DNA of 64,000 nt from Eledone cirrhosa (GCA_964016885.1 OZ024740.1:260028001-260092000); one strand, 5' to 3'; shown: positions 36,051 through 51,335, counted from the first letter of the stretch. The notes: a model not told the origin generated them from the sequence alone. Numbers and translations are program-made.

Positions 36051-39000
36051 CTTGGTATTTAGCTCTCTAGGCTAGCTCTACAATGTATACCTGGGTATTT
36101 AGCTCTCTAGGCTAGTTCTACAATGTGTACCTGGGTATTTAGCTCTCTAGGCTAGCTCTACAATGTGTACCTGGGTATTTAGCTCTCTAGGCTAGCTCTA
36201 CAATGTATACCTGGGTATTTAGCTCTCTAGGCTAACTCTACAATGTGTACCTGGGTATTTAGCTATCTAAGCTAGCTCTACAATGTGTACCTGGGTATTT
36301 AGCTCTCTAGGCTAGCTCTACAATGTGTACCTGGGTATTTAGCTCTCTAGGCTAGCTCTACAATGTATACCTGGGTATTTAAATCTCTAGGCTAACGCTA
36401 CAATGTGTACCTGGGTATTTAGCTCTCTAGGTTAGCTCTACAATGTGTACCTGGGTATTTAGCTCTCTAGGCTAGCTCTACAATGTGTACCTGGGTATTT
36501 AGCTCTCTAGGCTAGCTCTACAATGTGTTCCTGGGTATTTAGCTCTCTAGGCTAGCTCTACAATGTGTACCTGGGTATTTAGCTCTCTAGGCTAGCTCTA
36601 CAATGTGTTACTGGGTATTTAGCTCTCTAGGCTAGCTCTACAATGTGTACCTGGGCATTTAGCTCTTGAGGCTAACTCTACAATGTGTACCTGGGTATTT
36701 AGCTCTCTAGGCTAGCTCTACAATGTGTACCTGGGTATTTAGCTCTCTAGGCTAGCTCTACAATGTGTAACTGGGTATTTAGCTCTCTAGGCTAACTCTA
36801 CAATGTATACCTGGGAATTTATCTCTCTAGGCTAGCTCTACAATGAGTACCTGGGTATTTAGCTCTCTAGGCTAGCTCTACAATGTGTACCTGGGTATTT
36901 AGCTCTCTAGGCTAGCTCTACAATGTGTACCTGGGTATTTAGCTCTCTAGGCTAGCTCTACAATGTATACCTGGGTATTTAGCTCTCTAGGCTAGCTCTA
37001 CAATGTATACCTGGGGATTTAGCTCTCTAGGCTAGCTCTACAATGTGTACCTGGGTATTTAGCTCTCTAGGCTAGCTCTACAATGTGTACCTGGGTATTT
37101 AGCTCTCTAGGCTAGCTCTACAATGTATACCTGAGTATTTAGCTCTCTAGGCTAACTCTACTATGTGTACCTGGGTATTTAGCTCTCTAGGTTAGCTCTA
37201 CAATGTATACCTGGGTATTTAGCTCTCTAGGCTAACTCTACAATCTATACCTGGGTATTTAGCTCTCAAGACTAGCTCTACAATGTGTACCTGGGTATTT
37301 AGCTCTCTAGGCTAGCTCTACAATGTGTTCCTGGGTATTTAGCTCTCTAGGCTAGCTCTACAATGTGTACCTGGGTATTTAGCTCTCTAGGCTAGCTCTA
37401 CAATGTGTACCTGGGTATTTAGCTCTCTAGGCTAGCTCTACAATGTATACCTGGGTATTTAAATCTCTAGGCTAACTCTACAATGTGTACCTGGGTATTT
37501 AGCTCTCTAGGCTAGCTCTACAATGTGTACCTGGGTATTTAGCTCTCTAGGCTAGCTCTACAATGTGTACCTGGGTATTTAGCTCTCTAGGCTAGCTCTA
37601 CAATGTATACCTGGGGATTTAGCTCCCTAGGCTAGCTCTACAATGTGTACCTGGGTATTTAGCTCTCTAGGCTAGCTCTACAATGTGTACCTGGGTATTT
37701 AGCTCTCTAGGCTAGCTCTACAATGTATACCTGAGTATTTAGCTCTCTAGGCTAACTCTACAATGTGTACCTGGGTATTTAGCTCTCTAGGTTAGCTCTA
37801 CAATGTATACCTGGGTATTTAGCTCTCTAGGCTAACTCTACAATCTATACCTGGGTATTTAGCTCTCAAGACTAGCTCTACAATGTGTACCTGGGTATTT
37901 AGCTCTCTAGGCTAGCTCTACAATGTGTACCTGGGTATTTAGCTCTCTAGGCTAGCTCTACAATGTGTACCTGGGTATTTAGCTCTCTAGGCTAGCTCTA
38001 CAATGTGTACCTGGGTATTTAGCTCTCTAGGCTAGCTCTACAATGCGTACCTGTGTATTTAGCTCTTTAGGCTAACTCTACAATGTGTACCTGGGTATTT
38101 AGCTCTCTAGGTTAGCTCTACAATGTGTACCTGGGTATTTAGCTCTCTAGGCTAGCTCTACAATGTGTACCTGGTTATTTAGCTCTCTAGGCTAACTCTA
38201 CAATGTATACCTGGGTATTTATCTCTCTAGGCTAGCTCTACAATGTATACCTGGGTATTTAGCTCTCTAGGCTAGCTCTACAATGTATACCTGGGGATTT
38301 AGCTCTGTAGGCTAGCTCTACAATGTGTACCTGGGTATTTAGCTCTCTAGGCTAACTCTACAATGTATACCTGGGGATTTAGCTCTCTAGGCTAGCTCTA
38401 CAATGTGTACCTGGGTATTTAGTTCTCTAGGCTAGCTCTACAATGTATACCTGGGTGTTTAGCTCTCTAGGCTAACTCTACAATGTGAACCTGGGTATTT
38501 AGTTCTCTAGGCTAACTCTACAATGTATACCTGGGTATTTAGCTCTCTAGGCTAACTCTACAATGTATACCTGGGTATTTAGCTCTCTAGGCTAACTCTA
38601 CAATGTATACCTGGGTATTTAGCTCTCTAGGCTAGCTATTCAATGTGTACCTGGGTATTTAGCTCTCTAGGGTAGCTCTACAATGTGTACCTGGGTATTT
38701 AGCTCTCTAGGCTAGCTCTACAATGTGTACCTGGTTATTTAGCTCTCTAGGCTAGCTCTACAATGTGTACCTGGGTATTTAGCTCTCTAGGCTAGCTCTA
38801 CAATGTGTACCTGGGTATTTAGCTCTCTAGGCTAACTCTACAATGTATACCTGGGTATTTAGCTCTCTAGGCTAGCTCTACAATGAGTACCTGGGTATTT
38901 AGCTCTCTAGGCTAGCTCTACAATGTGTACCTGGGTATTTAGCTCTCTAGGCTAGCTCTACAATGTGTACCTGGGTATTTAGCTCTCTAGGCTAGCTCTA

Positions 39001-42000
39001 CAATGTATACCTGGGTATTTAGCTCTCTAGGCTAGCTCTACAATGTATACCTGGGGATTTAGCTCTCTAGGCTAGCTCTACAATGTGTACCTGGGTATTT
39101 AGCTCTCTAGGCTAGCTCTACAATGTGTACCTGGGTATTTAGCTCTCTAGGCTAGCTCTACAATGTATACCTGAGTATTTAGCTCTCTAGGCTAACTCTA
39201 CAATGTGTACCTGGGTATTTAGCTCTCTAGGTTAGCTCTACAATGTATACCTGGGTATTTAGCTCTCTAGGCTAACTCTACAATCTATACCTGGGTATTT
39301 AGCTCTCAAGACTAGCTCTACAATGTGTACCTGGGTATTTAGCTCTCTAGGCTAGCTCTACAATGTGTACCTGGGTATTTAGCTCTCTTGGCTAGCTCTA
39401 CAATGTGTACCTGGGTATTTAGCTCTCTAGGCTAGCTCTACAATGTGTACCTGGGTATTTAGCTCTCTAGGCTAGCTCTACAATGCGTACCTGTGTATTT
39501 AGCTCTTTAGGCTAACTCTACAATGTGTACCTGGGTATTTAGCTCTCTAGGTTAGCTCTACAATGTGTACCTGGGTATTTAGCTCTCTAGGCTAGCTCTA
39601 CAATGTGTACCTGGTTATTTAGCTCTCTAGGCTAACTCTACAATGTATACCTGGGTATTTAGCTCTCTAGGCTAGCTCTACAATGTATACCTGGGTATTT
39701 AGCTCTCTAGGCTAGCTCTACAATGTATACCTGGGGATTTAGCTCTCTAGGCTAGCTCTACAATGTGTACCTGGGTATTTAGCTCTCTAGGCTAACTCTA
39801 CAATGTATACCTGGGGATTTAGCTCTCTAGGCTAGCTCTACAATGTGAACCTGGGTATTTAGTTCTCTAGGCTAACTCTACAATGTATACCTGGGTATTT
39901 AGCTCTCTAGGCTAACTCTACAATGTATACCTGGGTATTTAGCTCTCTAGGCTAACTCTACAATGTATACCTGGGTATTTAGCTCTCTAGGCTAGCTATT
40001 CAATGTGTACCTGGGTATTTAGCTCTCTAGGGTAGCTCTACAATGTGTACCTGGGTATTTAGCTCTCTAGGCTAGCTCTACAATGTGTACCTGGGTATTT
40101 AGCTCTATAGGCTAACTCTACAGTGTGTACCTGGGTATTTAGCTCTTTAGGCTAACTCTAAAATGTGTACCTGGGTATTTAGCTCTCTAGTCTAATTGTA
40201 CAATGTGTACCTGGGTATTTAGCTCTCTAGGCTAGCTCTACAATGTGTACCTGGGTATTTAGCTCTCTAGGCTAACTCTACAATGTATACCTGGGTATTT
40301 AGCTCTCTAGACTAGCTCTACAATGTATACCTCGGTATTTAGCTCTCTAGGCTAACTCTACAATGTATACCTGGGTATTTAGCTCTCTAGGCTAGCTCTA
40401 CAATGTGTACCTGGGTATTTAGCTCTCTTGGCTAGCTCTACAATATGTACCTGGGTATTTAGCTCTCTAGGCTAGCTCTACAATGTGTACCTGGGTATTT
40501 AGCTCTCTAGGCTAGCTCTACAATGTATACCTGGGTATTTACCTCTCTAGGCTAGCTCTACAATGTGTACCTGTGTATTTAGCTCTCTAGGCTAGCTCTA
40601 CAATGTGTACCTGGTTATTTAGCTCTCTAGGCTAACTCTACAATGTATACCTGGGTATTTAGCTCTCTAGGCTAACTCTACAATGTATACCTGGGTATTT
40701 AGCTCTCTAGGCTAACTCTACAATGTATACCTGGGTATTTAGCTCTCTAGGCTAGCTATTCAATGTGTACCTGGGTATTTAGCTCTCTAGGGTAGCTCTA
40801 CAATGTGTACCTGGGTATTTAGCTCTCTAGGCTAGCTCTACAATGTGTTCCTGGTTATTTAGCTCTCTAGGCTAGCTCTACAATGTATACCTGGGTATTT
40901 AGCTCTCTAGGCTAGCTCTACAATGTGTACCTGGGTATTTAGCTCTCTAGGCTAGCTCTACAATGTGTACCTGGGTATTTAGCTCTCTAGGCTAGCTCTA
41001 CAATGTGTACCTGGGTATTTAGCTCTCTAGGCTAGCTCTACAATGTGTACCTGGGTATTTAGCTCTCTAGGCTAGCTCTACAATGTGTACCTGGGGAATT
41101 AGCTCTCTAGGCTAGCTCTACAATGTGTACCTGGGTATTTAGCTCTCTAGGCTAGCTCTACAATGTATACCTGGGTGTTTAGCTCTCTAGGCTAACTCTA
41201 CAATGTGAACCTGGGTATTTAGTTCTCTAGGCTAGCTCTACAATGTGTACCTGGGTATTTAGCTCTCTAGGCTAGCTCTACAATGTGTACCTGGGTATTT
41301 AGCTCTCTAGGCTAGCTCTACAATGTATACCTGGGTATTTAGCTCTCTAGGCTAGCTCTACAATGTATACCTGGGGATTTAGCTCTCTAGGCTAGCTCTA
41401 CAATGTGTACCTGGGTATTTAGCTCTCTAGGCTAGCTCTACAATGTGTACCTGGGTATTTAGCTCTCTAGGCTAGCTCTACAATGTATACCTGAGTATTT
41501 AGCTCTCTAGGCTAACTTTACAATGTGTACCTGGGTATTTAGCTCTCTAGGTTAGCTCTACAATGTATACCTGGGTATTTAGCTCTCTAGGCTAACTCTA
41601 CAATCTATACCTGGGTATTTAGCTCTCAAGACTAGCTCTACAATGTGTACCTGGGTATTTAGCTCTCTAGGCTAGCTCTACAATGTGTACCTGGGTATTT
41701 AGCTCTCTTGGCTAGCTCTACAATGTGTACCTGGGTATTTAGCTCTCTAGGCTAGCTCTACAATGTGTACCTGGGTATTTAGCTCTCTAGGCTAGCTCTA
41801 CAATGCGTACCTGTGTATTTAGCTCTTTAGGCTAACTCTACAATGTGTACCTGGGTATTTAGCTCTCTAGGTTAGCTCTACAATGTGTACCTGGGTATTT
41901 AGCTCTCTAGGCTAGCTCTACAATGTGTACCTGGTTATTTAGCTCTCTAGGCTAACTCTACAATGTATACCTGGGTATTTAGCTCTCTAGGCTAGCTCTA

Positions 42001-45000
42001 CAATGTATACCTGGGTATTTAGCTCTCTAGGCTAGCTCTACAATGTATACCTGGGGATTTAGCTCTCTAGGCTAGCTCTACAATGTGTACCTGGGTATTT
42101 AGCTCTCTAGGCTAACTCTACAATGTATACCTGGGGATTTAGCTCTCTAGGCTAGCTCTACAATGTGAACCTGGGTATTTAGTTCTCTAGGCTAACTCTA
42201 CAATGTATACCTGGGTATTTAGCTCTCTAGGCTAACTCTACAATGTATACCTGGGTATTTAGCTCTCTAGGCTAACTCTACAATGTATACCTGGGTATTT
42301 AGCTCTCTAGGCTAGCTATTCAATGTGTACCTGGGTATTTAGCTCTCTAGGGTAGCTCTACAATGTGTACCTGGGTATTTAGCTCTCTAGGCTAGCTCTA
42401 CAATGTGTACCTGGGTATTTAGCTCTATAGGCTAACTCTACAGTGTGTACCTGGGTATTTAGCTCTTTAGGCTAACTCTAAAATGTGTACCTGGGTATTT
42501 AGCTCTCTAGTCTAATTGTACAATGTGTACCTGGGTATTTAGCTCTCTAGGCTAGCTCTACAATGTGTACCTGGGTATTTAGCTCTCTAGGCTAACTCTA
42601 CAATGTATACCTGGGTATTTAGCTCTCTAGACTAGCTCTACAATGTATACCTCGGTATTTAGCTCTCTAGGCTAACTCTACAATGTATACCTGGGTATTT
42701 AGCTCTCTAGGCTAGCTCTACAATGTGTACCTGGGTATTTAGCTCTCTTGGCTAGCTCTACAATATGTACCTGGGTATTTAGCTCTCTAGGCTAGCTCTA
42801 CAATGTGTACCTGGGTATTTAGCTCTCTAGGCTAGCTCTACAATGTATACCTGGGTATTTACCTCTCTAGGCTAGCTCTACAATGTGTACCTGTGTATTT
42901 AGCTCTCTAGGCTAGCTCTACAATGTGTACCTGGGTATTTAGCTTTCTAGGCTAACTCTACAATGTGTACCTGGGTATTTAGCTCTCTAGGCTAGCTCTA
43001 CAATGTTTACCTGGGTATGTAGCTCCCTAGGCTAGCTCTACAATGTATACCTGGGTATTTAGCTCTCTAGGCTAGCTTTACAATGTATACCTGGGTATTT
43101 AGCTCTCTAGGCTAGCTCTACAATGTGTACCTGGTTATTTAGCTCTCTAGGCTAACTCTACAATGTATACCTGGGTATTTATCTCTCTAGGCTAGCTCTA
43201 CAATGTATACCTGGGTATTTAGCTCTCTAGGCTAGCTCTACAATGTATACCTGGGGATTTAGCTCTCTAGGCTAGCTCTACAATGTGTACCTGGGTATTT
43301 ACCTCTCTAGGCTAACTCTACAATGTATACCTGGGGAATTAGCTCTCTAGGCTAGCTCTACAATGTGTACCTGGGTATTTAGCTCTCTAGGCTAGCTCTA
43401 CAATGTATACCTGGGTGTTTAGCTCTCTAGGCTAACTCTACAATGTGAACCTGGGTATTTAGTTCTCTAGGCTAACTCTACAATGTATACCTGGGTATTT
43501 AGCTCTCTAGGCTAACTCTACAATGTATACCTGGGTATTTAGCTCTCTAGGCTAACTCTACAATGTATACCTGGGTATTTAGCTCTCTAGGCTAGCTATT
43601 CAATGTGTACCTGGGTATATAGCTCTCTAGGGTAGCTCTACAATGTGTACCTGGGTATTTAGCTCTCTAGGCTAGCTCTACAATGTGTTCCTGGTTATTT
43701 AGCTCTCTAGGCTAGCTCTACAATGTATACCTGGGTATTTAGCTCTCTAGGCTAGCTCTACAATGTGTACCTGGGTATTTAGCTCTCTAGGCTAGCTCTA
43801 CAATGTGTACCTGGGTATTTAGCTCTCTAGGCTAGCTCTACAATGTGTACCTGGGTATTTAGCTCTCTAGGCTAGCTCTACAATGTGTACCTGTGTATTT
43901 AGCTCTCTAGGCTAACTCTACAATGTGTACCTGGGTATTTAGCTCTCTAGGCTAGCTCTACAATGTGTACCTGGGTATTTAGCTCTCTAGGCTAGCTCTA
44001 CAATGTGTACCTGGGTATTTAGCTCTCTAGGCCTGCTCTACAATGTGTACCTGGGTATTTAGCTCTATAGGCTAACTCTACAGTGTGTACCTGGGTATTT
44101 AGCTCTTTAGGCTAACTCTAAAATGTGTACCTGGGTATTTAGCTCTCTAGTCTAATTGTACAATGTGTACCTGGGTATTTAGCTCTCTAGGCTAGCTCTA
44201 CAATGTGTACCTTGGTATTTAGCTCTCTAGGCTAACTCTACAATGTATACCTGGGTATTTAGCTCTCTAGGCTAGCTCTACAATGTGTACCTGGGTATTT
44301 AGCTCTCTAGGCTAGCTCTACAATGTATACCTGGGTATTTACCTCTCTAGGCTAGCTCTACAATGTGTACCTGTGTATTTAGCTCTCTAGGCTAGCTCTA
44401 CAATGTGTACCTGGGTATTTAGCTTTCTAGGCTAACTCTACAATGTGTACCTGGGTATTTAGCTCTCTAGGCTAGCTCTACAATGTTTACCTGGGTATGT
44501 AGCTCCCTAGGCTAGCTCTACAATGTATACCTGGGTATTTAGCTCTCTAGGCTAGCTTTACAATGTATACCTGGGTATTTAGCTCTCTAGGCTAGCTCTA
44601 TAATGTGTACCTGGGTATTTAGCTCTCTAGGCTAGCTCTACAATGTATACCTGGGTATTTAGCTCTCTAGGCTAACTCTACAATGTATACCTGGGTATTT
44701 AGCTCTCTAGGCTAGCTCTACAATGTGTACCTGGGTATGTAGCTCCCTAGGCTAGCTCTACAATGTATACCTGGGTATTTAGCTCTCTAGGCTAGCTCTA
44801 CAATGTGTATCTGGGTATTTAGGTCTCTAGGCTAGCTCTACAATGTATACCTGGGTATTTAGCTCTCTAGGCTAGCTCTAGAATGTATACCTGGGTATTA
44901 GGTCTCTAGGCTAGCTCTACAATGTGTACCTAGGTATTTAGCTCTCTAGGCTAACTCTACAATGTGTACCTGGGTATTTAGCTCTCTAGGCTAGCTCTAC

Positions 45001-46258
45001 AATGTGTACCTGGGTATTTAGCTCTCTAGGCTAACTCTACAATGTGTACCTGGGTATTTAGCTCTCTAGGCTAGCTCTACAATGTTTACCTGGGTATGTA
45101 GCTCCCTAGGCTAGCTATACAATGTATACCTGGGTATTTAGCTCTCTAGGCTAGCTTTACAATGTATACCTGGGTATTTAGCTCTCTAGGCTAGCTCTAC
45201 AATGTGTACCTGGGTATTTAGCTCTCTAGGCTAGCTCTATAATGTGTACCTGGGTATTTAGCTCTCTAGGCTAGCTCTACAATGTATACCTGGGTATTTA
45301 GCTCTCTAGGCTAACTCTACAATGTATACCTGGGTATTTAGCTCTCTAGGCTAACTCTACAACGTGTACCTGGGCATTTAGCTCTTGAGGCTAACTCTAC
45401 AATGTGTACCTGGGTATTTAGCTCTCTAGGCTAGCTCTACAATGTGTACCTGGGTATTTAGCTCTCTAGGCTAGCTCTACAATGTGTACCTGGGTATTTA
45501 GGTCTCTAGGCTAGCTCTACAATGTATACCTGGGTATTTAGCTCTCTAGGCTAGCTCTACAATGTGTACCTGGGTATGTAGCTCCCTAGGCTAGCTCTAC
45601 AATGTATACCTGGGTATTTAGCTCTCTAGGCTAGCTCTACAATGTGTACCTGGGTATTTAGGTCTCTAGGCTAGCTCTACAATGTATACCTGGGTATTTA
45701 GCTCTCTAGGCTAGCTCTAGAATGTATACCTGGGTATTAGGTCTCTAGGGTAGCTCTACAATGTGTACCTAGGTATTTAGCTCTCTAGGCTAACTCTACA
45801 ATGTGTACCTGGGTATTTAGCTCTCTAGGCTAGCTCTACAATGTGTACCTGGGTATTTAGCTCTCTAGGCTAGCTCTACAATGTGTACCTGGGTATTTAG
45901 CTCTCTAGGCTAGCTCTTCAATGTATACCTGGGTATTTAACTCTCTAGGCTAGCTCTACATTGTGTACCTGGGTATTTAGCTCTCTAGGCTAACTCTACA
46001 ATGTGTACCTGGGTATTTAGCTCTCTAGGCTAGCTCTTCAATGTATACCTGGGTATTTAACTCTCTAGGCTAGCTCTACATTGTGTACCTGGGTATTTAG
46101 CTCTCTAGGTTAGCTCTACAATGTGTACCTGGGTATTTAGCTCTCTAGGCTAGCTCTACAATGTGTACCTGGGTATTTAGCTCTCTAGGCTAACTCTACA
46201 ACATGAACCTGGGTATTTAGCTCTCTAGGCTAGCTCTTCAATGTATACCTGGATATTT
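36051..46258. repeat. 40-bp satellite array, ~255 copies, consensus CTGGGTATTTAGCTCTCTAGGCTAGCTCTACAATGTGTAC
   Basis: Uninterrupted head-to-tail units; only two 1-bp deletions seen (~44900, ~45739). Confidence 0.98.
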
Positions 46259-46602
46259 ATCACCTTGACTAGTTTTACAATATCTACTCCATCTCCCATT
46301 TATGTGCCCCATTTTCACAAATAATTTCAACTTACAATTTGGTAAACTGACAAACCTAGTTTCTGACACTTCTTGCTCTGAACACACTAGGAAAATTACA
46401 AAGCCTGCATTTTCCACTACACAGTTCACACTCATCCATGTCAAATCCTGTTACAGATCATAACATCATATGACCCTCTTCACCACTTTGGATATTTCCA
46501 CAATGTTGCTACATGACAAAGATGTCTAATGATCATTTTCTTGATCACAGGAAATTATTATATATTTAATTTAATTGTTCAAATTTGTATAAAACTGTGA
46601 TC

Positions 46603-46683
46603 CTTTAAGGTTCAACAATGCACCCCTCAGAGTCTGTGCCTTAGATGGCTGCCTAGTTAACCTTAATGGTAGCACCAGCCCTG
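46603..46683 (-). mobile_element. hAT-like MITE terminus
   Basis: Reads CAGGGCTGGTGCTACCATTAAGG.. on minus; similar terminus at 15611-15681 on plus. Confidence 0.5.
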
Positions 46684-46799
46684 GTTATAAATATTTCTGT
46701 TTGATTTCACATTTAGTTGTAGGTACATTGAAGGTTGACCTTCACATGCTTTGGTGGTCTTTCATTTTGGCTGTTTGTGTTTATTTGTATAAATAGTTA

Positions 46800-47350
46800 A
46801 TGGTGAAGGCATGAGGTGCTTAGGTTGTTTTGCTCATGATCGTAAGGTCATGATTTTCATTCTAAGTGGTGTGTTGTGTCCTTGGGCAAGAAACTTTATT
46901 TCCCATTGCTCCTATCTACTCAGCTGAAAAAAAAAGGGTCAGTTTGTCTCACTGTGTTATGCTGAATCACTCTCAGAAATATGCTAAGGGTACACATGTC
47001 TGTGGGATGCTCAGCCACTGGTATGTTAATTTCATAAGCAGGCTGTTCTGTTGAATAACTAGAATACTCAATGTCAGAACTGGGTCCATGCCCATAACCT
47101 TCATAGATCCTCGAAACTAGTGAGATCAATGTGGTTTATACTCTGGCAGATGCTGGAAAAAAGCCACTTCATTTCATACTGCTAAAGTAAACTCAGCTGA
47201 GAATGAGTACCAGCAGTTACTGGGATTTAACACTACGATAGACTGGCATCCTATCCAGAGGGAAGTCTTGTACTCTCAGTCACAAGCCAAATAAACTGGG
47301 GATAATCATTGGCCTGATGAGCCTCTGGCTTTGAGACAGATTTGAACTAA
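46800..47350 (+). mobile_element. Decayed SINE copies
   Basis: ttgggcaag..actttatttc..attgct core and ggcctgatgagcc..gagacaga tail. Confidence 0.6.
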
Positions 47351-50300
47351 CTTAAGGTGCTGGAAAAACATAGTCAAGGAAGGATTTCTAGAAGGCTGGT
47401 GTTTAGGTGATGAAGGACTGGCAGTAGTGGTTTGTGTAGAGCCTTGGGTGGTAGACACAGTTAGAGTAATGAGAGGAAGAGGACCAAATGCATCAATAGT
47501 GCTTGGGTGGAGACCATGGGTGGAGACCATGGGTGGAGGCCATGGGTGGATTAAGCTTACATGGTGAACCTAGCTGAAAATTTGATCAGGACTCTTGTGT
47601 GTTACTTATGGTAGCAAAAACAATAATTTTTTTGTCCTTTAGCTCTTTCAATATTGTGGGGACATATAGATAGATTCCAAAATAAATTTTGCTTTCTACT
47701 AAATTCTCTTTCCAACATTTACCATAATTTAGCATGGCTTAATGGTTAGAGAATTGGATTTATAATCATGAGGTTGCGAGTTAGATTCCTGGACTGGGCG
47801 ATGCATTAAGTCCTTGAACAAGACACTTTATTTCATGCTGCTCTTTCTATCAGCAGTCACAACCAGTAGATAGTATCAACAATGGAAAACCAATGGAAAC
47901 ATTGATTCCTTGGTCTGATTTGATGAGTTCCTCCTCACTCGGGAAGCAAGGTTTGGGACCTTGTTGATCAATTTTTAAAAAAGCAATAAGTAGTTATTTT
48001 TCTTTAGTCATACTGGCTACTGGGATAAAGTTGTAATTTATAACAATCATCATCATCATCATTTTATGTCGTTGCTCCATGCTTGCAATGTTGGGATAAA
48101 AGTATGTTGAAACTGATGTCAGGCTTGGAAAAGGAGAGAGAGGGGGAGAGGGAGTGAGATAGAGGTAGATAGAAGATAACATTTGTAAAAGAATAACTGT
48201 GAAACCATGTGAGTTGGTTCTGTTGTTCTAGATACAATAAACTCCTCTCTCTTCTCTCTTTGTTTCCCTCTCACCCTCCCTCTCTTTCTCTCTCTTCCTC
48301 CCTCCCTCTCTCTCTTCCTTCCCTCTCTCACTCTTCCACCCCTTTCCCTGTTTCTCTCTGTGTCACAAAATGTTTGGCATAGTGTGCAACTAACTTTAAC
48401 AATAGACTAACAGACAAAAGGTCTTCATGTGATGAGATAAGGAATAGTGAACAATCTTCTGGAATGACAGAAACATTAGATATTTAAATTATATATTTTA
48501 TGTAACTTATGATAAATATAATTAGCATAAATTTCAGCATTGTATGTTTATTTATTTATTTATTTATATGACAAAATCACCCAGTCTACCTATATAATTC
48601 AATCACCCAGTCTAGTCATATAATTCAAGGTGATAGAAGATGATGATTGATGTTATTTTGAATTTTTGCTAATTGTAGTGTTCAGGAAAGCAAGAAGCTG
48701 GAAAAGGATTCTATGGGCGAGATGTGCAAGGGAAGAAACTATCAGAATAGAATTTGCAAATGCAATTAGGAATTTCAACTGGGGGGGGGGGGGGGGGACT
48801 CTGACTAGGGCGTGTACTATCACCTCTCCTGTTCATAATCTTCATGGATAGGATTGACATGTGCAACCTGGTTGGAAATAATATCTAGACTGGTGAGTGC
48901 TGGATCAGTTGGCTGGAATTTGCAAGCATACATAAGGACTCTCCACCCTACAATCCTGCCTAGAAGAAGAAGAACTGTAAATGGATGAGACCTTGCTGGC
49001 CAATCTGGTGCTCCATTTAAACTTGATGAATGTCAAAGTTGATTTCACAGAGAGCCTGAATAAATATTGCAAATATCATTTTTGTTATTTCACACTGCTT
49101 GACAAAAATAGATGAGATAGTCTCGGTTTGAACACCTTTGATCATCAGTCTGGTTAATCAGGAAGACTGGCTCAAACCTAAACCAACAGAACCACAAAAG
49201 TGGTTACTCTGGGCACAAAATTTCAAAAGACAATATAATTATAAATAGTGTAGTAAAAGACTAACAATGTTTTTTAAAAACCCTGCTAAAATACACTGGG
49301 TAAAACATTAGTTTGTTTTGTTTTCTTTCATTTATCATCATTTACCTTTCGTATTTTTATCATGTTGTACGGGCTTTAAAAAAAGTTATCGGTCTTTTAC
49401 TATATATCACACAATGCTTCGTATTAACTACACTATTCTATAAATAATGGTTTTTGATTGAGGCATAAGGCTAAAGGGAAAGTTGATTAAATTGACCCCC
49501 AGTGCATTCCTGCTGCTTTACTTTATTGACAGCATAAAGATGAAAGGTAAATCTAATCTCAACGGGATTTGAGCACAGAACGTAAGGGACGGAACTATAT
49601 GCCACAAAACATGTTATCCAACGCTTTACCGATTACATTGTCCTATGGATTTCATTGTAAATAGTGAAATGCACTCTGTTTTGATTCATTAACGAAGGGT
49701 TTTGAGAAATTTTTAAAAACTATTAATTATTTCATTACTACGATAGTAACTTCGAATCTAACCAATACAAACGTAGAAAATAGACGTTAAATGATGACGA
49801 GGAAGGTGATGATGATGATGCTGGTGGTGGTGGTGGTGGTGGTGGTGATAATGATGACAATGATGATTCTTATATATATATATTTATTTTTGATAAATCT
49901 GTTCACAGTTGTTTAAATAACATTGCAAATATTGATGGAAATATGAAAGTAAAGAGAAAAGGATAAAAACAAAACCAAGCAGCGAACAGAGAGGGGAAGA
50001 TCTGACTGTATAAGAAAGTAGGAGAAAGGGATATAAATGTTATAGATGAGAGGAAAAGGAGGGAAAAAGCAAGGGCTATGAGGCCATGGAATAAAAAGAG
50101 GGAGAAGTAGAGAGGGTGTTAGGCTTTATGCCTATTTAGACTGCGCTCCGCGGACAAAGCTACAAAGGAATTTCCAGGGACAATGGCCAGCAACATTCGC
50201 TGCACCAGCCACCCCACCTCGTGGGGTTCCTTCCTCTGGAAGATTTTAATTTAGATAGAAACCCTTTAAAATTGATAGTTTAGTTTCATAGAAACAGAGC

Positions 50301-50920
50301 TTATTTTAGTTGGGTTGATATCAAAAGGGCTAATGTGATTCTCTGTCAGAAACTGTGACACAATATGAGACAGGAATGGACCTTTAACCTGTTGACTGCC
50401 GTATATATTTTACACAGCTACAGTTGCTGTGCCAGTTTTTTTTTCAGTAAAATGACTATTTTCTTAAACAAACATTTATTAACAACACATATCTGAATGA
50501 TTGACAAACATCATATCAATAAAATCTAGCTTTGAAGTTATGAACTGTTGTGAAAGAGTTCAAACAAGTTAGGATGAGTTATTTCGTCTACGGCACTGAA
50601 GAGGTTAGACAATGGGTGTAGTCCATCCAGCAGGCTTGCACAGTTTCACTCACAAACCTTTGGTCGACCTTAGGTTCTGGTAAATGATTCTTGACCAAAA
50701 TGTCATGCAATGAGATTGAACCCAGGATGTTGTCATTTACATTGCTCCAGTTCACTCAGCTGGCAAAAAGGAGTTGTACTTGAAATTCGAGGGTCAGTTA
50801 TGTGACACACTGTGTTACGCCGAATCTCTCCAAGGATACACGTCTGTAGAATGCTCCGCTACTTGCACAAGCAAACTGTTCCATTGTTCATACAATCGAA
50901 ATACTCACTGATGGAGGACC

Positions 50921-50978
<58 letters not shown>

Positions 50979-51335
50979 CACTCACTCACTACACTCACTA
51001 CACTCACACACAGATACACACACACACACACACACACAGCAATAAAAATGTTTATCTGTAAACATCTATATCCACATGTGTATGTATATGACTACATTGT
51101 GTCCACATGTTGCTATATACTCCCTTTCATATACATACGTATATGCATGTATATATATATATATATTAGCAGGACCCATGGAAATTCCACAGGCGAAACA
51201 ATTAAGAGGAGCTATTTAAGAGATGTTCGTCTAGTTGTATGCTATCTCTTCTCTCCTGTTGTCTTAGTCTACCTTGTGACTTATACATGAATCTATTAAG
51301 TACTCTTAATAGTGAGTGTGTGTTTGTGAAACATA

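Noticed and set aside
36051-46258. CRISPR-like array
   Set aside because: Units are contiguous with no unique spacers, there are no cas genes, and the context is eukaryotic; it is a satellite
46238-46444. Short ORF adjoining the satellite
   Set aside because: No recognisable homology or convincing splice structure
50165-50240. CCC-ACCTCGT-GGG motif resembling HDV-like P3/L3
   Set aside because: No GG, P4, catalytic C or P2 partner downstream
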